Positions 1 through 9,540 of a DNA stretch of 64,000 nucleotides are shown here, in pieces. This DNA is from Candidatus Methanophaga sp. AG-394-G06 (GTDB taxonomy: Archaea; Halobacteriota; Syntropharchaeia; Alkanophagales; Methanospirareceae), in assembly GCA_009903405.1 (NCBI GenBank), contig PRCZ01000002.1, positions 912 to 64,911 of the forward strand. The letters are read 5' to 3'. The notes beneath the pieces are model-generated. The model was given only the letters and a program-made list of their open reading frames with translations, had not been told where the DNA came from and made no database searches. Made by a program: the position numbers and the translations under genes. The first letter of the stretch is position 1; each line of letters opens with the position of its first letter.

Positions 1-147
1 GACTACATTGGTAACTTCACCATAGAAAAGAATATGAAGGTGAAAATAAATAAGCCACCAAAGAGTACTCCAGATAATGGGACCTGGTTACCGTGCCCAT
101 TTGGACCTACAGGACTACCCTCGGAATTCTACGAAGGGGATTGCTAG
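1..147 (+). CDS. 3' end of a gene running in from the left edge; probable paralog of the secreted protein at 1147-1752
   Basis: Frame 1 reads DYIGNFTIEKNM...GTWLPCPF...DC* (TAG 145-147), resembling the C-terminus EDYWGDFHIIHH...GDWLGIP of 1147-1752. Confidence 0.6.
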   Translation, partial: DYIGNFTIEKNMKVKINKPPKSTPDNGTWLPCPFGPTGLPSEFYEGDC

Positions 148-156
148 ACGAAGAGT

Positions 157-182
157 AAAGCCTCTGTCAGGGGCTTTTTTTT
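157..182 (+). terminator. Hairpin + T-tract terminator
   Basis: AAAGCCTCT-GTC-AGGGGCTTT stem-loop running into a T-tract just after the stop at 147. Confidence 0.6.
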
Positions 183-283
183 ACTTTTTTGGATAGAGAG
201 AGAAGGGAATAGCAGCGGTATATATAAAGAGGAAAATTTAGAAACTTTTCTAAATAAACGAAAAGGAGGTGATAAGAAAAGAA

Positions 284-1015
284 ATGAAGAAACAGAAAGT
301 AATAGTCTTGTTTGCTATTGCGCTCTTATTGGCTGTAGTAATAGGCGGTGTGCAGACAGTAGCAGCGGTGATGGACGTAACTACGTACAAGAATACAATA
401 GAACAGCCGATAGACGTCGGTAAAATCCGATTTGTGAGTAACGCGGTGGATAGCAATTGGGTAAAAGGTACCAAATTCGCAGGGCATCCAATGGAGATTA
501 TGTATTGGGAGAAGAAGACAAAGTATTTGATCGATATACACTTAAATGACTCGGGATACATAGATGACGTGTGTTTCCGGCGGTGGGGCAATGGAATAAC
601 AGAGATTCCTTATGCGCTTGCAAGCCAATCATTAGCGAAATTGCCAGCAGGGCCTCAGCCAGAGCTGATAACCGAAGCGGTGTACAAGGGCATGATAAAT
701 GATCGGGGCCCGGTAGACACCAGTAAAATCAAATACGTGGGCAATGCCAGGCATAACGAATGGGTAATTGGTTCCAAGCCGAAAGCTACAAACTCCATTG
801 GCAGTGGTAAGCCTAGCACAGGGGTAGTCGGTGCACCAGTTGCACACGGTAATACGTTGATATACTGGAACAAGTATACGAAATGGGTAATTATCTTGAA
901 ATTGGATAGCGAGGGCAAAGTGAATTTCGTGGATTTCGGGTTGAACGGTCGTCATAATGTAAAAGTAATTCCACCAAGCTTTGCTAATGAGTCAATAGAT
1001 AAGTTATTCCCGTAA
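284..1015 (+). CDS. Secreted protein of unknown function with two tandem homologous domains
   Basis: ORF 269-1015 (ATG at 284 after GGAGGTG); basic + hydrophobic signal peptide; internal repeat PIDVGKIRFVSNA..W..G..IMYWEKKTKYLI vs PVDTSKIKYVGNA..W..G..LIYWNKYTKWVI. Confidence 0.75.
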   Translation: MKKQKVIVLFAIALLLAVVIGGVQTVAAVMDVTTYKNTIEQPIDVGKIRFVSNAVDSNWVKGTKFAGHPMEIMYWEKKTKYLIDIHLNDSGYIDDVCFRRWGNGITEIPYALASQSLAKLPAGPQPELITEAVYKGMINDRGPVDTSKIKYVGNARHNEWVIGSKPKATNSIGSGKPSTGVVGAPVAHGNTLIYWNKYTKWVIILKLDSEGKVNFVDFGLNGRHNVKVIPPSFANESIDKLFP

Positions 1016-1068
1016 GATTAGAGTCCAATTGGAACACTAACAAAAGAGCCTAAAAGCGCACAAACGGT

Positions 1069-1093
1069 AGCTCCTATAAGGAGCTCTTTTTTT
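1069..1093 (+). terminator. Hairpin + T-tract terminator
   Basis: AGCTCCT-ATA-AGGAGCT perfect stem followed by CTTTTTTT downstream of the 1015 stop. Confidence 0.6.
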
Positions 1094-1146
1094 ATTTAAT
1101 ATACTGTATAGCATTGTTATTATTATTTATAGGCGTGAAGATAAAG

Positions 1147-1752
1147 ATGAAAGCGAAAAAAGGGAAGGGCGTAAAAAATATTGCTATATTTGTATTAGCA
1201 TTATTGTTTGCCGCGTTCGTGCTGCCGAACATTGCTTCGGCGGGGACCTGCAACTGGTTTACTACGAGTGGGTATGGTGTTGTAGATATAACTAGAAAGT
1301 TTGATAATGACGGTCTTTATTTAATCGGAAGAGTGCAGGGAGAGGGCTATTACTTAGGTAGCCAGCGCGTAGATCTGAATACTAATCCTACCATGCTCTC
1401 TTCAAAAGAGTGGGCTCATATTCAGTCCAAGTCAGGCAACTTTAGTTATGGTAACACAGGTAAGAATTACAAAATAGGCGCGGTAGCTTGTGAAAGTTTC
1501 TCGGATATACAGTATCTGGATACGGATACGAGCTATGCAATGGATAAAAATTCATTCTCCATGTGTACAAACACGTACATGACAGGGAGGGGACATTTTG
1601 GCTTCGCTGCAGTAGACCCGCCAGGGGGTGCAGGTGGCGGTAGCGGTAGCGGTGGAGCAACCGTTTATGGAACTGAGGACTATTGGGGCGACTTCCACAT
1701 TATTCATCATACCGTAATTGGTAGCGGAGGAGACTGGCTGGGGATACCCTAA
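1147..1752 (+). CDS. Secreted hypothetical protein (Gly/Ser/Thr/Tyr-rich, beta-strand-like)
   Basis: Signal peptide MKAKKGKG..IAIFVLALLFAAFVLPNIASA; Gly-Ser linker near C-terminus. Confidence 0.7.
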   Translation: MKAKKGKGVKNIAIFVLALLFAAFVLPNIASAGTCNWFTTSGYGVVDITRKFDNDGLYLIGRVQGEGYYLGSQRVDLNTNPTMLSSKEWAHIQSKSGNFSYGNTGKNYKIGAVACESFSDIQYLDTDTSYAMDKNSFSMCTNTYMTGRGHFGFAAVDPPGGAGGGSGSGGATVYGTEDYWGDFHIIHHTVIGSGGDWLGIP

Positions 1753-1870
1753 GAAATGCAAAAGTTAAAGTTCAATCGATGTCGATTCTGAATTTCGATT
1801 TGCAGTCTGCAGTTTGCAATTAATTGGTCGAAATTTATATGTAGTATCGCCTTCTTTACTATTAGAACGT

Positions 1871-3172
1871 ATGACGCAAAGAGATACCGCCGTAGCGCTA
1901 AAAAAGGTAGTTGTAGTACTTGCACTATGCCTCTACATATCCGCTTTTTCTGTCGTGATGCCTGTTAGTGGTGCGTTATCTTCTGTTGTTATAACCGATG
2001 TAGAGCCAACAGAGTTTCATCCTGGCGAGACAAAGGAAGTTGTTTTGACTGTGAAGAACAATGGAGGGGTAGATGCAAAAGACATAACGTTAGAGTTTGA
2101 TGTTCAAAACACCAAATACGTATCCCTCATAGGACTTACGGTAGTCCAAATAAACACGCTAAATTCATGGTGCTCGAAAGAGGTAAAAATCACCGTTCAC
2201 GCAAAAGAAGGTACTCCTAATGGTGTTTATCCTATGCCCATCGCCTGTACGTGGTATGAATATTCATCTGGTATGGGGGAGGCCTATGCACATATGTATT
2301 TTCTCGATTCAGGAGGGAATCTTGTTCCTGTGTACGAAAAATCAGCGCAATTGGGTATTTCTTTCAACGTAAAAGGAAGTGCGCTAATAAATGTTGGAAA
2401 TGTATATACTGAGCCTACGCATGTAAGGCCCGGAGATGAGGATGTAAAAGTGCTAGTATCCATAGAGAACAGTGGAGAAGCGGATGCAAAGGATGTTGAG
2501 GCAAGATTGATTTGCAATGAACACTTCGAGCCTTCTTGGTCTGGAACAGACCGCGTATATATAGGGCGGTTAAAAACCGGGGGAGAAGGCCGGGTTGGGG
2601 TGAGTTTTCATATTGACATTGCTGATAATGTAGAAGCGGGAACGTATAGCATCCCACTGGTGATAAGATTTAAAGATATTGAGAACCGGGAATACCAAGG
2701 GGTAATGAGTGTTGACATATTAGTGGAGCGAAAGCCCGAGTTAGAAATTGTTTCCTCTTATACCGAGCCCAGGAATATAAGCGCTGGCGATCACATTATA
2801 CTGCATATAAGAGTCCAGAATGTGGGTTCCGAGGAAGCGGAATCTGTTAGCGTTCGAGTAACAGGAGAAGCGGATGTGCCATTTGATTTCGCTGTGAAGA
2901 GCGATCATGTAGGTAATTTAAAGGTGAATGAGACAGGAGATGCGATATTGGAATTTGATGTGGATAAAGATGCCGCGAAGAAGATATATCCTCTGGGTAT
3001 GGAGATACGGTGCGTTGGAGACCGCGACTTAGGCGATGACAAGGTATATATCTTCGATAAGCAGATCCGAGTAGAAGTGACATCAGGCAGTTCTTCTATC
3101 CCCGGGTTTGAGGTTCTATTCATCCTAATCGCCCTTATTCTTGCCTTTATTATGCGAAGGAAGCGAGTCTAA
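1871..3172 (+). CDS. COG1361-type S-layer domain protein with PGF-CTERM (archaeosortase) anchor
   Basis: Signal peptide; three Ig-like repeats (V.N.G...A..V); C-terminal IPGF-hydrophobic helix-RRKR. Confidence 0.85.
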   Translation: MTQRDTAVALKKVVVVLALCLYISAFSVVMPVSGALSSVVITDVEPTEFHPGETKEVVLTVKNNGGVDAKDITLEFDVQNTKYVSLIGLTVVQINTLNSWCSKEVKITVHAKEGTPNGVYPMPIACTWYEYSSGMGEAYAHMYFLDSGGNLVPVYEKSAQLGISFNVKGSALINVGNVYTEPTHVRPGDEDVKVLVSIENSGEADAKDVEARLICNEHFEPSWSGTDRVYIGRLKTGGEGRVGVSFHIDIADNVEAGTYSIPLVIRFKDIENREYQGVMSVDILVERKPELEIVSSYTEPRNISAGDHIILHIRVQNVGSEEAESVSVRVTGEADVPFDFAVKSDHVGNLKVNETGDAILEFDVDKDAAKKIYPLGMEIRCVGDRDLGDDKVYIFDKQIRVEVTSGSSSIPGFEVLFILIALILAFIMRRKRV

Positions 3173-3252
3173 ATCATCATGCTCTCCTATCTCCCCTCTC
3201 CCATCTATAATCAAAGATATAAAAAATGGAGAAAAATAAATTATATTATTAT

Positions 3253-3348
3253 AGACACAGATTAACGCAGATTAACACAGATGATAAGAATCAACATGGT
3301 TAAATTAAACTAAAATAAATCTGCGTAAATCCGTGTAAATCTGTGTCT
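3253..3348. repeat. Miniature inverted-repeat element built of 10-bp ACACAGATT(A/T) units
   Basis: Left AGACACAGATTAACGCAGATTAACACAGAT; right ATCTGCGTAAATCCGTGTAAATCTGTGTCT (imperfect reverse complement); related copy at 30206-30251. Confidence 0.75.
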
Positions 3349-3386
3349 CAAATAGAAGGCAGTTATACATTATCTACAAGGACAAA

Positions 3387-4457
3387 ATGGCACTGCAAGG
3401 AAAGAAGGGTATAGCAAAAGGGTCAAAGAGTTCGTCTCCACCCCAAGGTCCGCAGGGTAAATGGATAATCATAGCAGTGCTGATAATAGCAGTATTCGCA
3501 ATTTCAGGTTACGCTGCGATAGTGCTGCTTTTTCATGGTAACATAGGGGCGCCTGCTTCCGTCTTGCAAGAGCGAGTAGCGAGTAAATTCGGCGGTGAAG
3601 AAACGATATTTATAGCTGTTTGTTTGGACGAGGAAACAAGCGCAAAGAACATTCTTCGTGATATAAGAGCTCCCGCGGTGATACAATCGGTAATTGAGTT
3701 ACACGAACGGCTTGAGAATGAAACAGAGATCGAAAAAGTTCAGTCAGTTGCCACTGCGTTTAAAGATGGTGTTCCAGGCGATTTAGCAGAGGTAGGAGAA
3801 GTTTTGGCTGCCTTTTTCCCGCCGTCAGAAGTAGAAGGATTTGTTAATGACGACTTCAGCATCACGCTGATAAAAGTTAGTCCAATAGCGGGATTAAGTG
3901 AAGCGAAGATGGAAGAAGTAGCAGAAATAATACAGAGGGATATAGCTTCTATTACAAAACCCGCAGGTGTGAAATATATAATATCCGGTGTTGATCCGCA
4001 GACATCAGAACTGATAGCGGATCAATTCCCGGGTAGCCTACGCAAGTTAAACATTGTAGTAGAGCTCGAGCCAAGATTTGCACGATCCGAAGAGATAAGG
4101 GATGTTCGAGACCCAGAGGTATTGAAATATGTTGATTTGCTATCCAAGCGAGCAAAGCTTGTTGATGGTGTTGTGGATGCGCATAGTGCGGCGGAAATCA
4201 TAAAGGAGGCGAATGATGGCAGGATACCAAAAACGTTGAGAAGTGTTGTGTCGCTCTTAGAGGAGAAAGATGAAACGAAAAGACAACAGATATACGATTA
4301 TATTAGCAAAGACTATTCAATGACGCTTGTAAGGTTGAAAATAGATGATGATGCAGAAGCGGCGGAGATAGTGGAAGAGATAAAAGAAGTAATTAATATA
4401 GGGAGACCTGCGGGGACATCTGTGGCTATTGCTGGTGATCTGGTACAGGATGCATGA
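3387..4457 (+). CDS. RND/MMPL (HAE3-like) transporter derivative: one TM helix plus both extracytoplasmic domains, TM bundles missing; possibly a pseudogene
   Basis: Two repeats of FGG/FPG..DIR/DVRDPEVL..V.S..D(F/Y)S.TL..ISG/IAG typical of MMPL ectodomains; no further TM helices. Confidence 0.7.
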   Translation: MALQGKKGIAKGSKSSSPPQGPQGKWIIIAVLIIAVFAISGYAAIVLLFHGNIGAPASVLQERVASKFGGEETIFIAVCLDEETSAKNILRDIRAPAVIQSVIELHERLENETEIEKVQSVATAFKDGVPGDLAEVGEVLAAFFPPSEVEGFVNDDFSITLIKVSPIAGLSEAKMEEVAEIIQRDIASITKPAGVKYIISGVDPQTSELIADQFPGSLRKLNIVVELEPRFARSEEIRDVRDPEVLKYVDLLSKRAKLVDGVVDAHSAAEIIKEANDGRIPKTLRSVVSLLEEKDETKRQQIYDYISKDYSMTLVRLKIDDDAEAAEIVEEIKEVINIGRPAGTSVAIAGDLVQDA

Positions 4458-4564
4458 GAGAGGTGATGGGTGATGAGTTTACCCAGTATCAGGCAGCATT
4501 TTCTTATGTGGGGTGGCAGCTTTTTTACCTTCGGTAAAAACATTCACTAAAAACGTTATTTTTG

Positions 4565-4632
4565 TTTTTCTTTTAGCACAGGCTAAATTTTCTTTTTGTA
4601 AAAAAGAAAAAGTGTTGTGTAATCTTGTGGTT
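4565..4632. repeat. Partial copy of the MITE-like element at 50701-50852
   Basis: TTTTTCTTTTAGCACAGGCTAAATTTTCTTTTT..AAAAAGAAAAAGTGTTGTGTAA.TCTTGTG nearly identical to 50773-50850. Confidence 0.8.
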
Positions 4633-4646
4633 TGCTAAACAATTAT

Positions 4647-6230
4647 TCATCCTTTTCCCAGAACGGTAATAAAAACAGGCCCTCTTATATCTACCTTCTT
4701 CTTCTTCGAGGTTATAAATCGCATCGCTACGTCTTCTACCTTTATATTTATATCCGCACCGCTCCGCACTATCTTTACTTTTACCTCTTTTTTGTCTATA
4801 TCCTCCGCTTCCTCTATCTGACGAGCGGCGAAAGCGGCAAAAGCATCTAAAAATCTTATGTCCGTTGGTACACCCTCTTCAAATACTGTTTTCCATTCCT
4901 TCTTCCTCGGTATCCCGTATATGGTCCCTTCATGCACGATTATTTCATTCAGATATGCGGGACCGCATAAAAGCGTGTTTTCTTCGGGCTCTGTCACCCA
5001 GACTTCAATATCCCGTCCGAATAGTGGCCCCTGATATGCAAGGAACTCGCAGGGTGATTTCTCTTTTCCTCTCTCTTCGCATACTCGAACGATACTTTTT
5101 GCGATTTCCGCGCCTTCCGCCGTGCTCGGTGTCTCCGCCAGACGGATCATCGCCGCTATTTCCATGTTGCTCAATTCCCAGGGTGCATAAAATTGTGGGT
5201 ATGCTAATGCCCTCATATCCTGTGCATCGTGCAATATCATCGCTAATCGCTCTACGCCCAATCCAAGATTTACTACGGGATAGGGGATCTCGTACTGCGC
5301 CAGTGCAGTGGGCGAATAAATCCCAAAAGTGGCGACTTCCACCCACCCTATCCGCGGATGATAACAGAAAACTTCCGTCTGTGTCTCGGGCATGTAATAT
5401 TTCGACCGTTTCTCGTCCTTTTGGAATCGCATTTTTACAAATCCGAATTGCAGAAGCAGCCCGGTGGCGAGGTCCTTGCCATCGTCTATGCTTACATCCT
5501 CGCTGCAGAAGACACAGGATGCAGAATGGTAATTACGTAGTCGTATTTCGTCCTCTCGCTGCTCCCTTCTGAAGCACCTGTCCACGGAGAAGAATTTTAT
5601 CGGTAATGGCTTTTTATTCCAGACTTCAGCAAGAGTCAAGAACCAGCCGGAGGTCATGTGGCTCCTCAATGTGCTTCTGGAAGGTACAGGCGCGAGGTCT
5701 TTTAGCTCCGGAAAAACCGCCTCAAGCACTTTCGTTACTTCCATATCTGCCACATCCAGACTATTTGCTACTTCATATACTAGATCATCGCCGTCTATTT
5801 CGCCCTTTTTATAGCTGTGCAGTGTATTCTTGAGTGTGTCTATTTCATCATTTGAGAATGGTTTACCGAAGTACGAGTTCATTTGATTCACGCGTTCATC
5901 AGAAATGCCAATGTCCGGGCGAGGCAAGCCAGCGAGATAATAACAGCGATCTAAGACCGCAAGTGCCTCTTTCCCAAATTGCTTCTTCACTTCCGCTTCT
6001 TCTATCGTCACAGGATTCATGACTTCCTCGAATCCGAGCCGCAGATACGCCTCTCTTAGCTTTTGGATCGTTTCAAATACTGGATGTGGCTTACCATAGC
6101 GTAAACGTAGCAAAGACCTTGGATGTCTTTCGTTCACTCGCTTCTCATCTGCATATTTTGTTCCCGCTAGCCATGCGGCTTCAAAATCATTGCTCGTTTC
6201 TTCTCTTATCTGTTTGGGGTTGAATTTCAT
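4647..6230 (-). CDS. sepS: O-phosphoserine--tRNA(Cys) ligase
   Basis: GKPHPVFETIQKLREAYLRLGFEE, TLRSHMTSGWF, FSVDRCFRREQ, YHSASC, NLGLGVERLAM motifs; 527 aa. Confidence 0.95.
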   Translation of the reverse strand: MKFNPKQIREETSNDFEAAWLAGTKYADEKRVNERHPRSLLRLRYGKPHPVFETIQKLREAYLRLGFEEVMNPVTIEEAEVKKQFGKEALAVLDRCYYLAGLPRPDIGISDERVNQMNSYFGKPFSNDEIDTLKNTLHSYKKGEIDGDDLVYEVANSLDVADMEVTKVLEAVFPELKDLAPVPSRSTLRSHMTSGWFLTLAEVWNKKPLPIKFFSVDRCFRREQREDEIRLRNYHSASCVFCSEDVSIDDGKDLATGLLLQFGFVKMRFQKDEKRSKYYMPETQTEVFCYHPRIGWVEVATFGIYSPTALAQYEIPYPVVNLGLGVERLAMILHDAQDMRALAYPQFYAPWELSNMEIAAMIRLAETPSTAEGAEIAKSIVRVCEERGKEKSPCEFLAYQGPLFGRDIEVWVTEPEENTLLCGPAYLNEIIVHEGTIYGIPRKKEWKTVFEEGVPTDIRFLDAFAAFAARQIEEAEDIDKKEVKVKIVRSGADINIKVEDVAMRFITSKKKKVDIRGPVFITVLGKG

Positions 6231-6351
6231 GTTCCTGATCTCTCCTTAATATATCTCTATGCTATTAATAGAAATCACAGTACCTAACATAAATAGAACC
6301 AAAATCCCAAATTGCTTTTTTATTCTTAATCCAAGAGTTATTATAAAGATT

Positions 6352-6837
6352 ATGACTGTTGATATTGGTATTAACGCGCTATATGAATGTATCACGGTGA
6401 TATTGACGGCGATGACGCCAGTTGGCGAACTCCGTGCTGCTATACCACTTGCAATAGGTTATTATAATATGGGCTATGCTGAAGCTTTTGTCCTTTCCAT
6501 AATAGGGAATATGCTACCTGTAGTGCCGTTACTTCTTTTTCTCGGCCCTGTTTCAAATTGGTTGCGAAGATACGCTATCCTCGACAGGTTCTTTACTTGG
6601 CTTTTCGCACGAACAAGGCGACATAGCAAGAGGATGGAGAAATACGGCTCTCTAGGACTGATACCTTTTGTTGCCATTCCTCTTCCCGTGACGGGAGCAT
6701 GGACGGCTTGTGCAGTCGCGTTCGTCTTCGGCATTCGCTTCCGATACGCATTTGTTGCTATCCTCGCGGGTGTGATAATTGCAGGTATAATAGTGACGCT
6801 ATCTTGTATGGGCGTTTTGGGCGTAATGGATGTTTGA
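6352..6837 (+). CDS. Small multidrug export-like membrane protein (COG2426)
   Basis: P..ELRAAIP and FVAIPLPVTGAWT motifs. Confidence 0.85.
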   Translation: MTVDIGINALYECITVILTAMTPVGELRAAIPLAIGYYNMGYAEAFVLSIIGNMLPVVPLLLFLGPVSNWLRRYAILDRFFTWLFARTRRHSKRMEKYGSLGLIPFVAIPLPVTGAWTACAVAFVFGIRFRYAFVAILAGVIIAGIIVTLSCMGVLGVMDV

Positions 6838-6849
6838 TATTTCAAGATA

Positions 6850-7212
6850 CTACTTCTTTTTCTTAAATAACGATGGCAAATGGATTACATACGAGCCATT
6901 CTCCTTCATCTTCATTACTATCTCCTTCCGCTCTAACAACGCATCCAGATTGAGTTCGTATATGCCTGGGCTCAAAATCTTTAAGCTTTCTATCTTATCC
7001 ACCTCTAGGGGCACCTTATCTTCTACTTTTAGCTGGTCCACCAAGTCCGTTGCACTTGCTTCTTTTCCCTTCTTTATATAGAGAAAAAGATTCCCACCAC
7101 ACACAGGACAGCCATTCAGCATCTCTTCTGTTATCTTTTCGAATTCCTTACCACATTTCAAGCATTTATGCATCTTTATTTCAGGGATCTCAGATTGCGG
7201 AAATGATCGCAC
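6850..7212 (-). CDS. oapC: Zn-ribbon protein, OapC/DUF2072 family
   Basis: HKCLKCG..LNGCPVCGGNLF; ESLKILSPGIYELNL; operon with DUF2073 and GTPase genes. Confidence 0.8.
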   Translation of the reverse strand: MRSFPQSEIPEIKMHKCLKCGKEFEKITEEMLNGCPVCGGNLFLYIKKGKEASATDLVDQLKVEDKVPLEVDKIESLKILSPGIYELNLDALLERKEIVMKMKENGSYVIHLPSLFKKKK

Positions 7213-7522
7213 TTATAAAGTCTTTATCCTTCTTCGTCGTGTGCATCGTCTTCGCGGGTCCTATAACTGTTAGTCTTGTCTTCTTTCTTATATTCAAAAA
7301 TCCCTTTTTAGACGGATATCCACTCATCTCTATGCCAGAAAAATCATCGTCCACCTCCGTCATTGTAAGCTCTATCAGTTTCATCTGCTCCTCTGACGTC
7401 AGACCGCCTTCCAACACTACTATATCCCCCGACTTTACCCCGTCCAGTACAAATCTTAACTTCTCCGTCGAGGTCATCGAATTTATTTTGTCTTCCGAAA
7501 TCAGATTCATTTTTATTTCCAT
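7190..7522 (-). CDS. oapB: OapB/DUF2073 family protein
   Basis: IVVLEGGLT.EEQ.KLIELTM, FSGIE, LTVIGPA motifs. Confidence 0.85.
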   Translation of the reverse strand: MEIKMNLISEDKINSMTSTEKLRFVLDGVKSGDIVVLEGGLTSEEQMKLIELTMTEVDDDFSGIEMSGYPSKKGFLNIRKKTRLTVIGPAKTMHTTKKDKDFISAIISAI

Positions 7523-7534
7523 CGTATAACTCCC

Positions 7535-8257
7535 TCACCGGAATCTCCGCGCCATTTCCTCATATAAGTCCAGCATATTCTCGCCCTTCAGTGCTGATAT
7601 TGGTATGACTGAGTGCTGCGGGAAAGCATTTGCTATCCTTTGTGGCGTGGCATCCACAAGGTCTACCTTATTTGCAGCGATAATAATCGGGATACCCCTT
7701 GCTTCCATGTTCCCGATGATGATAATATTAGTTTGCGTATACGGATCTTCGGTAGAATCCATAAGAAGCACAATGCCGTCAATATCGTCGAGCCATTTTA
7801 TTGCCTCTATAACGCCTTCCGTCGCCTCTTTCGCTCTTTTTTTCGCCTCATCCTCTTCCAAACCATAAGCCAAAAACTCATGAAAATCTATCTTTGTCGC
7901 TAATCCCGGCGTGTCAACCACATCCAGCTTCAGCTTCGCTTTTCCTCGCTTTGGCTTCTCTTTTGACTCGGAATTCAAATCAGGATTTGGATCCTCCAAT
8001 GACTTAGCTTTCAGGTCTATGGTGACTCCCTCTCTCCTGACTGCTCTTCTTGTCTCATGGGGTACCTCTGTGGCTATCCCCACATCTTCGTTCTCATCTA
8101 CAAAAGTATGGATTATTCTATTTGTCAAAGTGGTTTTCCCAGCATTCGGCGGTCCGTAGATGCCAATTTTCGCCGTCCCCTTCCGGAAAGACAAAGCTCT
8201 TCTTAGCCGTGTTAAGATGCTCTTCCACCTTCTCTTCGACTTCATCTCTTCTTCCAT
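7535..8257 (-). CDS. oapA: Era-like GTP-binding protein OapA
   Basis: GIYGPPNAGKTT, DTPG, ANKVD, PISAL; EATEGVIEAIKWL family motif. Confidence 0.85.
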   Translation of the reverse strand: MEEEMKSKRRWKSILTRLRRALSFRKGTAKIGIYGPPNAGKTTLTNRIIHTFVDENEDVGIATEVPHETRRAVRREGVTIDLKAKSLEDPNPDLNSESKEKPKRGKAKLKLDVVDTPGLATKIDFHEFLAYGLEEDEAKKRAKEATEGVIEAIKWLDDIDGIVLLMDSTEDPYTQTNIIIIGNMEARGIPIIIAANKVDLVDATPQRIANAFPQHSVIPISALKGENMLDLYEEMARRFR

Positions 8258-8382
8258 CCTCTCTTTTTTATATAATTAAATCCTTCTACTCGAAGATACT
8301 GTCAAATTTGATTTATAATGCATTATGCCTTACTCTTTCATTATACATAGTAAGTTATTATTAAATTTAAATATTTTGCAAG

Positions 8383-8712
8383 GTGGGGCTAGCAGCCGAA
8401 GAGGAGGAAAAATTGTATAAACCTGAAAGTACAGAAGAAGTAATACGTGTGCGTATTCCGGATAAAAGGAGAAGGGAAGTGTTGGCGATAGTAGAGAAGA
8501 TGTTAGGCGGGCGAAGGGTAACCGTGCAGTGCCTAGATGGGAAAGAAAGGATGGCCCGAATCCCGGGCAGATTAAAGAGAAGACATTGGGTAAACGTCGG
8601 AGACGCAGTAATAATAGTTCCCTGGGACTTTCAGGATGAAAAGGCCGACCTTATCTACAGATATAGAAGACCACAAATGGAATGGTTAAGAAGGAAGGGC
8701 TATTTGAAGTAG
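8383..8712 (+). CDS. eif1a: Translation initiation factor aIF-1A
   Basis: [19 protein letters not shown]...GD..I.PWDFQ.EKAD motif. Confidence 0.95.
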   Translation: MGLAAEEEEKLYKPESTEEVIRVRIPDKRRREVLAIVEKMLGGRRVTVQCLDGKERMARIPGRLKRRHWVNVGDAVIIVPWDFQDEKADLIYRYRRPQMEWLRRKGYLK

Positions 8713-9521
8713 AGAAATGGCTAGAAAGGGAAGAGAAGCCATTACCTAAGGGTAAAAGAAAGAATAAGGATTATCGCGATAGAAAAACTGAGCTATCTGT
8801 TCTTGACATTCCCACGTTGGAGACACTGTATAAATTCAGGAAGCGGGGATTATTAAAAGCGTTGGGTGGTCCTATAAGTAGCGGTAAAGAAGCGGTTATA
8901 TTTCATGCTATTGGTGCAAAAGAGGAGGAGTTGGCGATAAAAATGTATAAAGTAAGCACCTCCAACTTCAATGCCATGCTTGACTATATTATTGGCGACC
9001 CGAGGTTTGAAAACATAAAGCGAGACCGAAGAAGTATCGTATCGGCATGGGCACGAAAAGAGCTAAAGAATCTCAAAAGAGCTTTTGACGCCGGAGTTGA
9101 AGTGCCAAAGCCAATAGCTGTTGATAAAAATGTGCTGATAATGGAGTTTATAGGTCGGGACGGGGTAGCAGCACCAAGATTGAGAGATGTTCCTGAGGAC
9201 ATACTCAAAACTGATTTTGAACTTGAAGAGCTCTTTCTTCGCATCATTTCCTATATTCGGATCATGTATGAGAAGGGGCGGATGGTGCATGCAGACCTCA
9301 GCGAGTTTAACATATTGATGAAAGGGTATGTGGAGCGCGAATTTGAAGGTGCTGACGTTGAGATAGAACCGGTAATAATAGATATGGGGCAAGCTACGCT
9401 TTTGCAGCACCCTAATGCCGATGCGTTCCTCCTGCGTGATGTGAGAAATATCGTTACATTCTTTAACAAACTCGGCTTAAATTGTTCATTCAATGAAACA
9501 ATCCGGCTGATAAAGCGATAA
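8682..9521 (+). CDS. rio1: RIO1 serine/threonine kinase
   Basis: [33 protein letters not shown]; follows aIF-1A. Confidence 0.9.
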   Translation: MVKKEGLFEVEKWLEREEKPLPKGKRKNKDYRDRKTELSVLDIPTLETLYKFRKRGLLKALGGPISSGKEAVIFHAIGAKEEELAIKMYKVSTSNFNAMLDYIIGDPRFENIKRDRRSIVSAWARKELKNLKRAFDAGVEVPKPIAVDKNVLIMEFIGRDGVAAPRLRDVPEDILKTDFELEELFLRIISYIRIMYEKGRMVHADLSEFNILMKGYVEREFEGADVEIEPVIIDMGQATLLQHPNADAFLLRDVRNIVTFFNKLGLNCSFNETIRLIKR

Positions 9522-9540
9522 GATCATCATTTTTATAGAA

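Noticed and set aside
4865-5572. 235-aa plus-strand ORF
   Set aside because: Antisense shadow of sepS with no recognisable motifs
8258-8382. Possible replication origin next to the oapABC (origin-associated) operon
   Set aside because: Short AT-rich divergent promoter region; no ORB-like boxes and no cdc6/orc1 gene seen
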